The position numbers and the translations under genes are program-made. DNA of 64,000 nt from Clostridia bacterium (GTDB lineage: Bacteria > Bacillota > Clostridia > Oscillospirales > RGIG8002): positions 79,281 to 143,280 of the forward strand of contig JAFRVI010000004.1 in assembly GCA_017438525.1 (NCBI GenBank), given 5' to 3'. The notes under the pieces were generated by a model that saw nothing but the letters and a program-made list of their open reading frames with translations, did no database searches and was not told where the DNA came from. Shown here one piece after another: positions 9,298-18,268 of this stretch (its first letter is position 1; the number at the start of each line of letters is the position of its first letter).

Positions 9298-10997
9298 TTT
9301 ACCAGCTTATTGACAAAGCGTGTCATGAACGGCTTTTTAAGGAATCCGCCGACAATCGGCACGGTCGAAAGATCGCCTTTATCAACAGCCCTGAACTTCA
9401 AGGCAAAAATGAAATACGTCAATCCGCCGACAGCGACACACACCGCGGCAAGGACGGCGTTCGTGATATATGCATAGTTGCCTGTACGGATAAGGAGATA
9501 CCGAACGCCGTACATAATCCCGAAAACAACCGCGGCCATTACGGCGGTCGCCAAAAGCGGTCTCATCGAAAGCCCGGGAAGATTCAGTTTTATTCCCGTT
9601 CTGCGAACGACAGCGGCGTAATCAAGCGCCAGAACAAGCAGATAGCAAACGTACGTGCTGATGATGGCCCCCATAATATTAAGTTTAGTGGAAATCAATA
9701 GGTAGTTCAAAGCGAGCTTGACCGCAAGGCCGATTGTCATATTGATAGGCGCGGTTTTAAAATCTCCCGTTCCCTGCAGTATCGACGTCATGACCTGGAC
9801 GATGCTGACGATTATTATAGACCATACGCCCGAAATTATCAGAACATGAGGATCCGCGACTCCGGCGACCGGCGTGACACGGTTCCCCGGGAAAAGCAGA
9901 TAAATGATCGGATTTGCAAGTATCGCCAGACCGGCGCAGCAAGGCATCGTTATAAGGAACGACGCTCTTACGGAGTTTTTCATTTTGCGCTCAAGAAGGG
10001 ATTTGTCGTTCTTTGCGGCGACCTGTGAAATACCCGGAAGTATAGTCGCCGGAAGTGTTGCGGCAATGCCGAGGACTATGTTCGTCGTCTTATGGTACTG
10101 CGTTGAGAAAATACCGTAGATCGTGTTTCTCAAGTTTTCATCGGCAAATCCGGCGGCGACGAGGCGGCGCTTTATAAAACTGACGTCTATCAGATTAGCG
10201 AGATAGACCATCGCCGCGCCGAGCACTATCGGAATCGCGGTAGAGATGATTATCTTTACCAGCTTCATATTACTCTCTCTTAAGAGAGTTTTATTCTCGA
10301 TATAATCCTTGTTCGCTTCCGCCTTTATCGGCTTATAGTGCCTGCCGAGAACAAACAGAAGATACAGCGAACTGCCGAGCGCGCCGAGGAACGTTCCGAG
10401 CGCGCCGCCGCCCGCGCCGTAGACGAGCTGCATCCCGCGATCCATCCCCTGCCCTTTCGCGTATTCAATGAAGAGATACGCGAGAAGCGGCGTCGTAATT
10501 GCGTTGAGAATCTGCTCGATTATCTGCGAGACGCTCGTATAGGTCATATTCTTCTGCCCCTGGAAGAAACCGCGTATCGCTCCGGAGAAGGAGCTGAAGA
10601 GGATCGCGGGCGAAAGGAGCAGAATTGTCATCCAGGCGTCTTTTGTATCAAGTATCTTATCGGCGATAGGGCGGCAGAATACCGCCATAACACCGCCGCA
10701 AATCAGTCCGAGCAAAACAAGAAGACCTGCCGCAAACTTAAACGTACGCAGCGAATCAAAATAGCGTTTCTCGGCGTTGTATTTCGCGACCATACGTGAA
10801 ATAGCGACCGGAATTCCCATATACGTAATTTCGAAAAGGAGTGTGAATACCGTATATCCCGCGCTGTATATACCGTTGCCTACGTCGCCGAGGAATCTGG
10901 TAAGTATCGGGATATAGAGTATGCTCAAACTACGGCAAATCAGATTTGCCGTTGACATGAATGCGAATCCTTTTGCGGTGGACTGTTCTTTGATCAT
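9294..10997 (-). CDS. MOP-superfamily flippase (SpoVB / MurJ-like polysaccharide or lipid II flippase)
   Basis: About 14 predicted TM helices. The N-terminus FAFMSTANLICRSLSILYIPILTRFLG..GNGIYSAGYT is typical of SpoVB/MurJ-type proteins. ATG 10997 has an AAAGGA RBS. The stop overlaps the next start (ATGA at 9294-9297). Confidence 0.8.
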   Translation of the reverse strand: MIKEQSTAKGFAFMSTANLICRSLSILYIPILTRFLGDVGNGIYSAGYTVFTLLFEITYMGIPVAISRMVAKYNAEKRYFDSLRTFKFAAGLLVLLGLICGGVMAVFCRPIADKILDTKDAWMTILLLSPAILFSSFSGAIRGFFQGQKNMTYTSVSQIIEQILNAITTPLLAYLFIEYAKGQGMDRGMQLVYGAGGGALGTFLGALGSSLYLLFVLGRHYKPIKAEANKDYIENKTLLRESNMKLVKIIISTAIPIVLGAAMVYLANLIDVSFIKRRLVAAGFADENLRNTIYGIFSTQYHKTTNIVLGIAATLPATILPGISQVAAKNDKSLLERKMKNSVRASFLITMPCCAGLAILANPIIYLLFPGNRVTPVAGVADPHVLIISGVWSIIIVSIVQVMTSILQGTGDFKTAPINMTIGLAVKLALNYLLISTKLNIMGAIISTYVCYLLVLALDYAAVVRRTGIKLNLPGLSMRPLLATAVMAAVVFGIMYGVRYLLIRTGNYAYITNAVLAAVCVAVGGLTYFIFALKFRAVDKGDLSTVPIVGGFLKKPFMTRFVNKLVK

Positions 10998-11022
10998 AAG
11001 TATCCTTTTTCCGCGCTGCCGT

Positions 11023-11787
11023 TTATGAATTGCGCTTGTGGATCTCAAGAAGCCCGTAAAGCATCAGATCAGTATCGATGGCGATCTTGTTTCTGCAATG
11101 CGGGACAATGTATTTGCTCATACCGCCGGTAGCGACGACCGTGAAGGTGCGTTCTTTTTCTTCGGAAATGCGATCGATCATCCCGTCGATAAGCGACGCC
11201 GCTCCGAAAACGACTCCGGACTTCATGGAGTCGACCGTGTTTTTGCCTATCACGCTTGCCGGAGCTTCGACGTTTATATCGGGCAGCTGTGAGGTCCTTT
11301 CGGTGAGCGCGTCAAGGGACGTGCGCACTCCTGCAGTGATCACGCCGCCGAGGAATGTGCGCGTCTCGTCAACAACGGAGAAAGTCATGGCCGTGCCGAG
11401 ATCTATTATTATGACGGGGAGCTGATAACGCGAAACGGCGCCGGCGGCATTCGCGACCATGTCGCTGCCGAGCTGCGCGGGATTATCGATCATAATGTTT
11501 ATACCGGTTTTCAGTCCCGCGGCTACAACGACGGGCTTGCAGGACGCTATTTTTTCTACGGCTTCAACAAGTCTGTCGGTGAGTTTGGGGACAACGCTGG
11601 AAATCACGCATCCGTCTATTTCAGACGGGTCGATCCCGTCAAGACGGAACAGATCGTTGAGCAGCACCGAATACTCGTCTGCGAGCGCGTCCTTGCGCGT
11701 GAAAACGCGGGACGAAGAAATAAGCTTTTCCCCGTCGAATACGCCGAGAACTATGTTTGTATTACCTACGTCGATTGCAAGGAACAT
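11023..11787 (-). CDS. coaX: Type III pantothenate kinase
   Basis: MFLAIDVGNTN..., DLGTA.T and VATGG motifs of the CoaX/acetate-sugar-kinase fold. Size is about 254 aa. ATG 11787 is preferred over the TTG at 11793. Confidence 0.9.
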   Translation of the reverse strand: MFLAIDVGNTNIVLGVFDGEKLISSSRVFTRKDALADEYSVLLNDLFRLDGIDPSEIDGCVISSVVPKLTDRLVEAVEKIASCKPVVVAAGLKTGINIMIDNPAQLGSDMVANAAGAVSRYQLPVIIIDLGTAMTFSVVDETRTFLGGVITAGVRTSLDALTERTSQLPDINVEAPASVIGKNTVDSMKSGVVFGAASLIDGMIDRISEEKERTFTVVATGGMSKYIVPHCRNKIAIDTDLMLYGLLEIHKRNS

Positions 11788-11802
11788 TGTCAACTCACTT
11801 CC

Positions 11803-13164
11803 TCAATTCTGGTTGATAATCATTTTGGAAACAGCGTTTATGTCGCCCGCACCCATAATGATTATCATATCGTCAGGGCCGGCTTCGGAACGGAGGTAAT
11901 CGGCTATCTCGCCGAAACTTCCGCAGGAAAACGCTCCCGGAATCAGATCCGCAATGTCATCCGAAGAAATACCCGTCGTGTTCGTTTCACGAGCGGCGTA
12001 TATCGGCGCGAGGACGACAACGTCGGCGATGGAAAGCGCCTGCGCCATTTCTTCCTTGAACGCCTCGGTCCTTGTATATGTGTGCGGCTGAAAAACGCAT
12101 ATCACCCGATTCTTGCCGAACAGTTTAGCGGCTTTAAGCGTAACCGACATTTCGTGAGGGTGATGGGCGTAATCGTCATAAACGTCGGCGCCGTTGCAAG
12201 TTCCGACGTGTCTGAAGCGTCTGTCCGCGCCGGTAAAGTCATAAAGACCGCTGACTATCGAGCGCATATCAATACCGACAGTCCGCGCGAGCGCGATAGC
12301 GGCAAGAGCGTTCTCAACGTTGAAGACTCCTGGTACGGAAAGCTTGATTCTGCCGACGTTTTCGCCTCTTTCGATGAGATCGAAAGAAGGATGTCCGGCT
12401 TCAAACGCGATATGGTCGGCGTAATAATCTCCGCTGTGAAGCCCGAAGGTTATCGCTTCCCTGCCCGCTGAAGAAAGTGCCTTTGCGGCGTTTTCGTCAG
12501 AAGCGTTGATTATTACCGCGCCGGTTGTCTGTTCGATAAACTTCGAAAAAGACCTGATAACGTCGTCGATCGTCGGGAAGTAATCGGTGTGATCGTGCTC
12601 GACGTTTGTTATCACGGAATATTTCGGAGTAAGATTCAGAAACGAATCGACGTATTCGCACGCTTCGCACACGAACCAATCGCTGTCGGATGCGCGCGCG
12701 TTGCTGCCGATCGCGGGGATCACTCCGCCGGCACAAACACAGGGATCGAAGCCGGCCGCCAAAAGAATAAGCGATATCATAGAAGTTACCGTCGTCTTAC
12801 CGTGCGTACCGGCAACCGCGACGGATTCGGAAAACCCGCGCTGCACGCTGCCGAGAAGTTCCGCGCGCTCGGCGGTGCGGATCCCCTTTTCCTTCGCGGC
12901 GGCAAGCTCCGGATTGTCAGCTTTGACCGCGGCGGTGTAAACGAGCAGATCGCAGTCGTCGACAAATTCGGCACAGTTGCCCTTTTCAATTGTCACGCCG
13001 AGCGCCTCGAGCCGTTCGGTTATCGGAGACGTGTTGATATCCGAGCCGCTGATTCTGTATCCGCGTCGCTCGAGGATCTCGGCCAGCGCGCTCATCCCTA
13101 TTCCGCCGATACCGGTGAAATGGATAGAAGATACGCCTTCAAGAACGTTGTGTTTATTCTCCAT
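11803..13164 (-). CDS. murC: UDP-N-acetylmuramate--L-alanine ligase
   Basis: IHFTGIGGIGMSALAEIL..GY.ISGSD, GTHGKTTVTSM and DDYAHHP motifs. ATG 13164 with an AGGAAG RBS is preferred over the TTG at 13182. Confidence 0.93.
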   Translation of the reverse strand: MENKHNVLEGVSSIHFTGIGGIGMSALAEILERRGYRISGSDINTSPITERLEALGVTIEKGNCAEFVDDCDLLVYTAAVKADNPELAAAKEKGIRTAERAELLGSVQRGFSESVAVAGTHGKTTVTSMISLILLAAGFDPCVCAGGVIPAIGSNARASDSDWFVCEACEYVDSFLNLTPKYSVITNVEHDHTDYFPTIDDVIRSFSKFIEQTTGAVIINASDENAAKALSSAGREAITFGLHSGDYYADHIAFEAGHPSFDLIERGENVGRIKLSVPGVFNVENALAAIALARTVGIDMRSIVSGLYDFTGADRRFRHVGTCNGADVYDDYAHHPHEMSVTLKAAKLFGKNRVICVFQPHTYTRTEAFKEEMAQALSIADVVVLAPIYAARETNTTGISSDDIADLIPGAFSCGSFGEIADYLRSEAGPDDMIIIMGAGDINAVSKMIINQN

Positions 13165-13262
13165 CAGATTACTTCCTATCAAATCGGCATGCTGCCACTA
13201 ATTAGCATTTTATATATTATATTACATTTCTTCAAATAATTAAACCCCTAATTTCATTTTTC

Positions 13263-13291
13263 TTCAAATCTCTTGCAAAATGTGATATAAT
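13263..13291 (+). promoter_or_regulatory. Candidate sigmaA promoter upstream of cca
   Basis: TTCAAA (13263-13268), a 17-nt spacer, then TGaTATAAT (13283-13291, extended -10). It sits only about 8 nt before the first possible start codon, so the start and leader remain uncertain. Confidence 0.35.
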
Positions 13292-13298
13292 TCTCGCG

Positions 13299-14462
13299 GT
13301 GAGAGTTATGTTACCGATACCAAAACACGCGCTCGAAATAATAAAAACAATAAGAAACGCCGGATTTGAAGCATACGCGGTCGGCGGTTGTGTTCGCGAC
13401 GCGCTTCTCGGCAACACGGCCGCAGACGTAGACGTCACGACGTCCGCGTCGTCGGAGGTAATACTGTCGCTCTTCCCCGATTCGATGCTTACCGGCGGCA
13501 GATTCATGACGGTCACCGTGCTTTACGCGGGCGGAAAGGCGGAGATCACGCCGTACAGAAGCGAAAGCGGATATTCGGATTCGCGCCGCCCCGACAACGT
13601 TACAGAGGCATCCGGACTCACCGAGGACCTGAAGCGCCGAGATTTCACGATAAACGCTCTGTGCTTCGACGGCGAAAAAGTGATCGACCTGCTCGGAGGT
13701 ATATCCGATTTGGAATCGCGGATAATTCGCTGCGTAGGCGATCCGGAGAGGAGATTCGACGAAGACGCGCTGCGAATTATGCGTGCGTTCAGGTTCTCCG
13801 CCGAGCTCGGATTCGAGATCGAGCCCGAAACCATGCGCGCCGCGCTCGCTGCCTCGGAAAAACTCAAAAGAATAAGCGTAGAAAGAATACGCGACGAGCT
13901 TATCAAAACCTTGCTTTCGCCGTCACCTGAACGAATCTCCCCACTGCTTGAAACAAGCGCGTTATCTTTCCTCGGTATAAACAATTCGCCGCAGATTGCA
14001 AATCTCAAATCGCTGGTGATAAACGAAACGGCACGCCTCGCCGCCTTCTTTGATATCTGCGGACGCGGCGCCGCTAATACGATGAAGCTCCCAACGCGTC
14101 AAAAGCGCGTTATAAACGGTGTTTTCTCTGTTCTCGATTCCCTGCCGCCGCCGGCAGAAAACGCCGTAAAACGAGCGATAAGCCGTTCCTCGCCGGAAAC
14201 TTTTGAAATCGCCGCGGAGATCGCCGAAAAGCTATATGATAACGCCGGCGACTACTTATCGATACTACGCCGGATAACCGAAAGCGGCGAACCCTACCGC
14301 GTTTCCGACCTCGCCGTCAACGGCTCGGACCTTATCGAGTCGGGCATTCGCGAAACCGACGTCGGACGCACGCTTGAACGGCTGCTTGAAACCGTGATCG
14401 ACCATCCGGAGCTGAACACGCGCGAAACGCTGTTAAACATTATCCGCAAAAGGAACAAATAG
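13299..14462 (+). CDS. cca: CCA-adding tRNA nucleotidyltransferase / poly(A) polymerase family protein
   Basis: The N-terminus G..AY.VGGCVRD.LLG....DVDVTT (polymerase-beta nucleotidyltransferase motif), plus RRDFTINAL and the downstream RNA-binding region. The start is either GTG 13299 or ATG 13308. Confidence 0.85.
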   Translation: MRVMLPIPKHALEIIKTIRNAGFEAYAVGGCVRDALLGNTAADVDVTTSASSEVILSLFPDSMLTGGRFMTVTVLYAGGKAEITPYRSESGYSDSRRPDNVTEASGLTEDLKRRDFTINALCFDGEKVIDLLGGISDLESRIIRCVGDPERRFDEDALRIMRAFRFSAELGFEIEPETMRAALAASEKLKRISVERIRDELIKTLLSPSPERISPLLETSALSFLGINNSPQIANLKSLVINETARLAAFFDICGRGAANTMKLPTRQKRVINGVFSVLDSLPPPAENAVKRAISRSSPETFEIAAEIAEKLYDNAGDYLSILRRITESGEPYRVSDLAVNGSDLIESGIRETDVGRTLERLLETVIDHPELNTRETLLNIIRKRNK

Positions 14463-14512
14463 TGCCGCAAACCTCCCCGCTCTTTCATAGAATGAGTTGA
14501 GGAGGTTATTTT

Positions 14513-15286
14513 ATGGATAAAACGATCAGTTTCGCGCTTATCGGAAACGATCCGCGTCTGTACTGGTGCGCCGAACGGCTTCGCGCGCGAGGAATCCGCG
14601 CCGCGCAATACCCCAACGGCGATGTACCGGAAACGTGCTGCTTCATTTTCGCGCCGCCTTTTACGGCCGCAAAACTAACGAATACGAATTTCGCCAAGAA
14701 AGGCGCAACGGTATTCGCCGGCGCTGCGGACGATGAGGCGAAAAAGCTTGTCACTTCACGCGGAGCCGTACTGATAGACTACTGCGAATGCGAATTCTTC
14801 GCATCCGAAAACGCGCAGCTTACCGCCGAAGCGGCGATCACCGTCTATATCGGCGCTGCCGCAACGTCGCTGAAAGGAGCCCGTTCGCTCGTATGCGGCT
14901 TCGGAAGGATCGGCAAAGCGCTCGCGTTTCTGCTTAAAGCGCACGGCTCTGACGTCACCGTTTCGGCACGGAGAATTACGGACATAGAGCTTATCCGCGC
15001 TTACGGCTGCGCGCCGATCGAAACGACGGGCATACGCGGTGATTATGATGTCATATTCAACACGGTACCCGCGCATATTTTCACGCGAGACGCGCTTGAC
15101 AGAACCTCAACCGACTGTTATATAGAGCTTGCGTCAGCGCCTTACGGCATGGAAGATCCGCGCGCATGGGGCGCAGGCGCGAAAATTATCAAAGCTTCGG
15201 GACTGCCCGGAAAGGTTCTGCCTGTTTCCGCTGGCAAGCTTATTGCAGACACGGTATGCACGCTATTGAAGGAGGCGCGAATATAA
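14513..15286 (+). CDS. dpaA: Dipicolinate synthase subunit A
   Basis: Collinear with the SpoVFA I remember: IALIG.D.R start, a Rossmann GFGRIGKALA segment, and a C-terminal LAS.P.G......GAK.IKASGLPGKV.P..AG segment. A GAGGAGG RBS is present. The subunit B gene lies directly downstream. Confidence 0.85.
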   Translation: MDKTISFALIGNDPRLYWCAERLRARGIRAAQYPNGDVPETCCFIFAPPFTAAKLTNTNFAKKGATVFAGAADDEAKKLVTSRGAVLIDYCECEFFASENAQLTAEAAITVYIGAAATSLKGARSLVCGFGRIGKALAFLLKAHGSDVTVSARRITDIELIRAYGCAPIETTGIRGDYDVIFNTVPAHIFTRDALDRTSTDCYIELASAPYGMEDPRAWGAGAKIIKASGLPGKVLPVSAGKLIADTVCTLLKEARI

Positions 15287-15319
15287 TGGTAACAAACGTA
15301 TACCGAAAGGAAATCCGAT

Positions 15320-15895
15320 ATGGAAATAATACGCGTCGGATTCGCGATGTGCGGCTCCTTTTGCATGCTTAAAAAAACACTTGAGCAGCTGCCGCTTTTG
15401 ACCGGATCCGGATTTGATATAACTCCGATAATGTCGGAAACAGCGTACGGAACGGACACGCGATTCGGCGCCGCGGAAGAATTCAGAAAAGCGCTTTCCG
15501 AAATAACGGGCAAAGATATAATCCGCTCTGTACCGCAAGCCGAACCCATCGGACCGAAAAAGCTGCTCGATCTGCTTATAATCGCGCCGTGCACCGGAAA
15601 CACGCTCGGCAAACTCGCGGGAGGAATAACCGACACGGCGGTAACGATGGCGGCAAAGGCGCATCTGAGAAACAGGCGTCCGCTGCTGATTGCGGTGTCG
15701 ACGAACGACGGGCTATCCTCTTCCGCCAAAAACATCGGTACTCTGCTGAACGTTAAAAACGTATACTTCGTACCCATCAAGCAGGACGATCCCGAAAACA
15801 AAGAAAACTCGCTCGTCGCGGATATGAGTCTGCTGCTCCCCGCTTCCCTGGCGGCGCTTGAAGGAAAACAGCTTCAGCCGCTGCTGCTGTCATAA
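15320..15895 (+). CDS. dpaB: Dipicolinate synthase subunit B (flavoprotein)
   Basis: GFAMCGSFC... and IAPCTGNTLGKLAGGITDTAVTMAAKAHLRN.RP motifs of the SpoVFB/flavoprotein family. Confidence 0.9.
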   Translation: MEIIRVGFAMCGSFCMLKKTLEQLPLLTGSGFDITPIMSETAYGTDTRFGAAEEFRKALSEITGKDIIRSVPQAEPIGPKKLLDLLIIAPCTGNTLGKLAGGITDTAVTMAAKAHLRNRRPLLIAVSTNDGLSSSAKNIGTLLNVKNVYFVPIKQDDPENKENSLVADMSLLLPASLAALEGKQLQPLLLS

Positions 15896-15898
15896 CGC

Positions 15899-15928
15899 AA
15901 AACCGGACCGCTTCCGCGGCCCGGTTTC
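15899..15928. terminator. Bidirectional terminator between convergent dpaB and the AAA+ gene
   Basis: Stem AAACCGGACCGC / GCGGCCCGGTTT (one A-C mismatch) with a 4-nt loop, flanked by an A-run on the 5' side and TTT on the 3' side. Confidence 0.55.
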
Positions 15929-15932
15929 ATTA

Positions 15933-17870
15933 TCAGAAGCCAATCCGTTTTTTCTGTTCGAGCTTCTCGCTGAACTCTTTCTCCGAGCTTGCCGCGATAA
16001 AGTCGTCGCGTGAAAGCGTTATCTTGTTCACTCCCGCGTGAGATGCGCGGAGCGCGGCCTTCGACCACGTTCGTTCGTAGAGATTGCGAACGAAGCGGGC
16101 GTTCGCGAATTCGCGCGATGAAAGCAGCTCGTCCGAAAGCGAGAGGAAATAGTCGTGCGCGTCCTTCTCGAATTCCGGCGTGAAATCGAAATGCTTCCGC
16201 ACCATAAGCATAAATATTTCAAACAACTGCTCCCGCGTGTAATTCTCAAACGTAAGCGCATAAGGCATACGGCTGCGCAGACCGGCGTTGCCCTTCATCA
16301 GCGTTTCCATATCGTCGGTATAACCCGCCATTATGACAAGCATATCGTCTCTGTGGTTCTCCATTTCGGAGATCAGCGTCGTCAGGGCCTCCTTGCCGTA
16401 ATCGTTGGTATGAGTGTCATCCTGATACAGCGCGTACGCCTCGTCTATAAACAGCACGGAGCCGTAGGAATCACGGCATACGGCCGCCGTTCTCGCGGCA
16501 GTCTGACCGACGTATTCGGCGCAGAGCGAGCGTGCCGTGTATTCCATGAACGCGCCTTTTCTCAGCAGGCCTTCCTCGCGGAATATCTGACCAATAATGC
16601 GTGCGACTGTGGTCTTGCCCGTTCCGGGCGCGCCGAGAAAGCGCATATGTATACAAGGCCTGTCAAGTCGCTCGTCCGCAGCGGCAAGCTTCACCTGCGA
16701 AACGATTTCTTTAACTCGCTCGGTGATCTTCTCCATGCCGATCAGCTCGGAAAGCTGTTCATAGCCGCTCTTATCCGTCTTTTTGACGGCGGCAAAGCCG
16801 TAAACGTCGGCGGGAGAAATAGTCGAGCCGGCGGCGGTTTCTCCGTTCGCTTCATTAAGCGAATCGTGCGCGGCCTTTTGAAGGACAGCTTCCTGCGCTA
16901 TCTTTTCAACGGTCTTGAAACCGTAAAATCGTCCGTCGCGTTTCTCCTCTCTCACTCTGTCGAAAAACGTTTCGGCAAGCGAGTCGTCGATCGTGTAGCC
17001 GTACTTTGTAATGACGTCGTAAAAGCATTCCATCAGCACCGCGTCATGAAGCGGCGGTATCTGAACGACCCTGAACGAAGCGACGTCGGAAAGTATTGCC
17101 GCAACGTCATCCAACGCCTTCTTCTCCAAAAACGGGACGCGGAATACGAACACGAATTCATTCTGCAGCTCATGCAGCTTTTTAACGAAATCCCTCAGCT
17201 CGTCGAGTTTGTCATCGCCGAGAAAGTAGCTTATATCAACACCTATAACGTTATAGATGTTATCTTTCAATATGTTCTTAAGATCCTTTGCCGTATCGTA
17301 CGCGGTGCACATTCCGTTTTCCGTTTCTCCGCCGATACGGTATTCGGCGTAATTTGCGCGTTTCTTATCGGGATCGTCATAAACGCTCATACGGTTAAGA
17401 TAATCGCCGAATGAAGAGAGCAGAGTCGTAAAACCGCATCCGGAATCGATCGCAAAAAGATAGTTCTGCCTGCGAAGGGCTTCAAGCGCGCCTTTCTCGC
17501 GAAGAATCGCTATCTGCGCGGTCAGCTCGGTCGTCATCTGCTGATAAGGGAGAACGCCGTAGTATCCTTTATAGATCGCAGCCATAAGGTCGGCGGCGTC
17601 GTCTCCGGTATCCGGAGTTATCAAAAAACTCATATCGCCGGCGTTTTCGGGGCATTGCTCCTTCCAGACGTACGAAAGCGCTTCGAGGCATTCTTTTCGC
17701 GATTCGGCTTCAACGCGCAGTACGCAGAAGGTGTATCGGAGAAGAAGCCGCTCAACCGTCATCTTTTCCTGCAGCGCCGAATAATAGAGGTCTAGCTGTT
17801 TTTGCCCTTTCATTATGCAGTCTAAAGCAAACGAATAAGTCAAGGAAGCGCGGACAATATACTTACTCAT
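15933..17870 (-). CDS. AAA+ ATPase of the SpoVK/CbxX type with a long N-terminal region
   Basis: The C-terminal module has Walker A GAPGTGKTTVARIIG, Walker B VLFIDEAY, and ...VIMAGY then LRSRMPY, matching the CbxX/SpoVK pattern. The N-terminal ~400 aa include a degenerate P-loop-like segment, FAIDSGCGFTT. Confidence 0.8.
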   Translation of the reverse strand: MSKYIVRASLTYSFALDCIMKGQKQLDLYYSALQEKMTVERLLLRYTFCVLRVEAESRKECLEALSYVWKEQCPENAGDMSFLITPDTGDDAADLMAAIYKGYYGVLPYQQMTTELTAQIAILREKGALEALRRQNYLFAIDSGCGFTTLLSSFGDYLNRMSVYDDPDKKRANYAEYRIGGETENGMCTAYDTAKDLKNILKDNIYNVIGVDISYFLGDDKLDELRDFVKKLHELQNEFVFVFRVPFLEKKALDDVAAILSDVASFRVVQIPPLHDAVLMECFYDVITKYGYTIDDSLAETFFDRVREEKRDGRFYGFKTVEKIAQEAVLQKAAHDSLNEANGETAAGSTISPADVYGFAAVKKTDKSGYEQLSELIGMEKITERVKEIVSQVKLAAADERLDRPCIHMRFLGAPGTGKTTVARIIGQIFREEGLLRKGAFMEYTARSLCAEYVGQTAARTAAVCRDSYGSVLFIDEAYALYQDDTHTNDYGKEALTTLISEMENHRDDMLVIMAGYTDDMETLMKGNAGLRSRMPYALTFENYTREQLFEIFMLMVRKHFDFTPEFEKDAHDYFLSLSDELLSSREFANARFVRNLYERTWSKAALRASHAGVNKITLSRDDFIAASSEKEFSEKLEQKKRIGF

Positions 17871-18092
17871 ACCGTTCCCCTTTCGGATTCGATAACTGTA
17901 TTATAATTTTATCATCTTTTGCGTGATAATACAAGGTGTTTTTGCAGACAAGAAATGTCCGGTATTCATATTCCATCTCAAATAGATGTGCCTTGATTCT
18001 CGCTTGCGCAACGCGCCCCCGGCGCGTTGCTGCCGATCCGCTGAAGGCGGATCGGAGCTCGTTTCAAGTCCCACCGGAACACGATATATACA

Positions 18093-18120
18093 AATATACC
18101 GCCCGAAAGGGCGGTATATT
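18093..18120. terminator. Bidirectional terminator hairpin downstream of tRNA-Pro
   Basis: Perfect 12-bp stem AATATACCGCCC / GGGCGGTATATT with a GAAA loop. Tails are U-rich on both strands. Confidence 0.6.
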
Positions 18121-18124
18121 TGTA

Positions 18125-18201
18125 TGGTCGGAGTGACGGGACTTGAACCCACGGCCTCTTGGTCCCGAACCAAGCGCTCTACCAAACTGAGCTACACCCC
18201 G
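18125..18201 (-). tRNA. tRNA-Pro (anticodon CGG), CCA encoded
   Basis: The reverse complement is CGGGGTGTAGCTCAGTTTGGTAGAGCGCTTGGTTCGGGACCAAGAGGCCGTGGGTTCAAGTCCCGTCACTCCGACCA. It folds as a cloverleaf with a 7-bp acceptor, GCTC/GAGC D-stem, CTTGG/CCAAG anticodon stem, TTCGGGA loop (anticodon CGG) and a TTCAAGT T-loop. Confidence 0.93.
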
Positions 18202-18230
18202 ATCGACCGTTGCGCGACGCAACAGTTGAT

Positions 18231-18259
18231 ATTATGACAAATTTAAAGCAAAAAGTCAA
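18231..18259 (-). promoter_or_regulatory. SigmaA-type promoter for tRNA-Pro
   Basis: The minus strand reads TTGACT (18259-18254), a 17-nt spacer, then TGtCATAAT (-10 at 18236-18231). This is about 30 nt upstream of the mature tRNA 5' end. Confidence 0.55.
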
Positions 18260-18268
18260 GTGATTTTT

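Noticed and set aside
14463-14512. A sigmaK-type promoter upstream of dpaA (CATAgaaT at about 14485-14492). This was expected because spoVF is sigmaK-dependent in Bacillus.
   Set aside because: Only the -10-like CATA---T is present. The nearest AC dinucleotide is 13 nt upstream rather than the 16-17 nt of the consensus, so I do not report it as a feature.
18061-18078. A possible second tRNA or pseudo-tRNA on the plus strand, because TTCAAGTCCC matches a T-loop.
   Set aside because: The flanking bases do not form a T-stem, and I could not fold any acceptor, D or anticodon arms.
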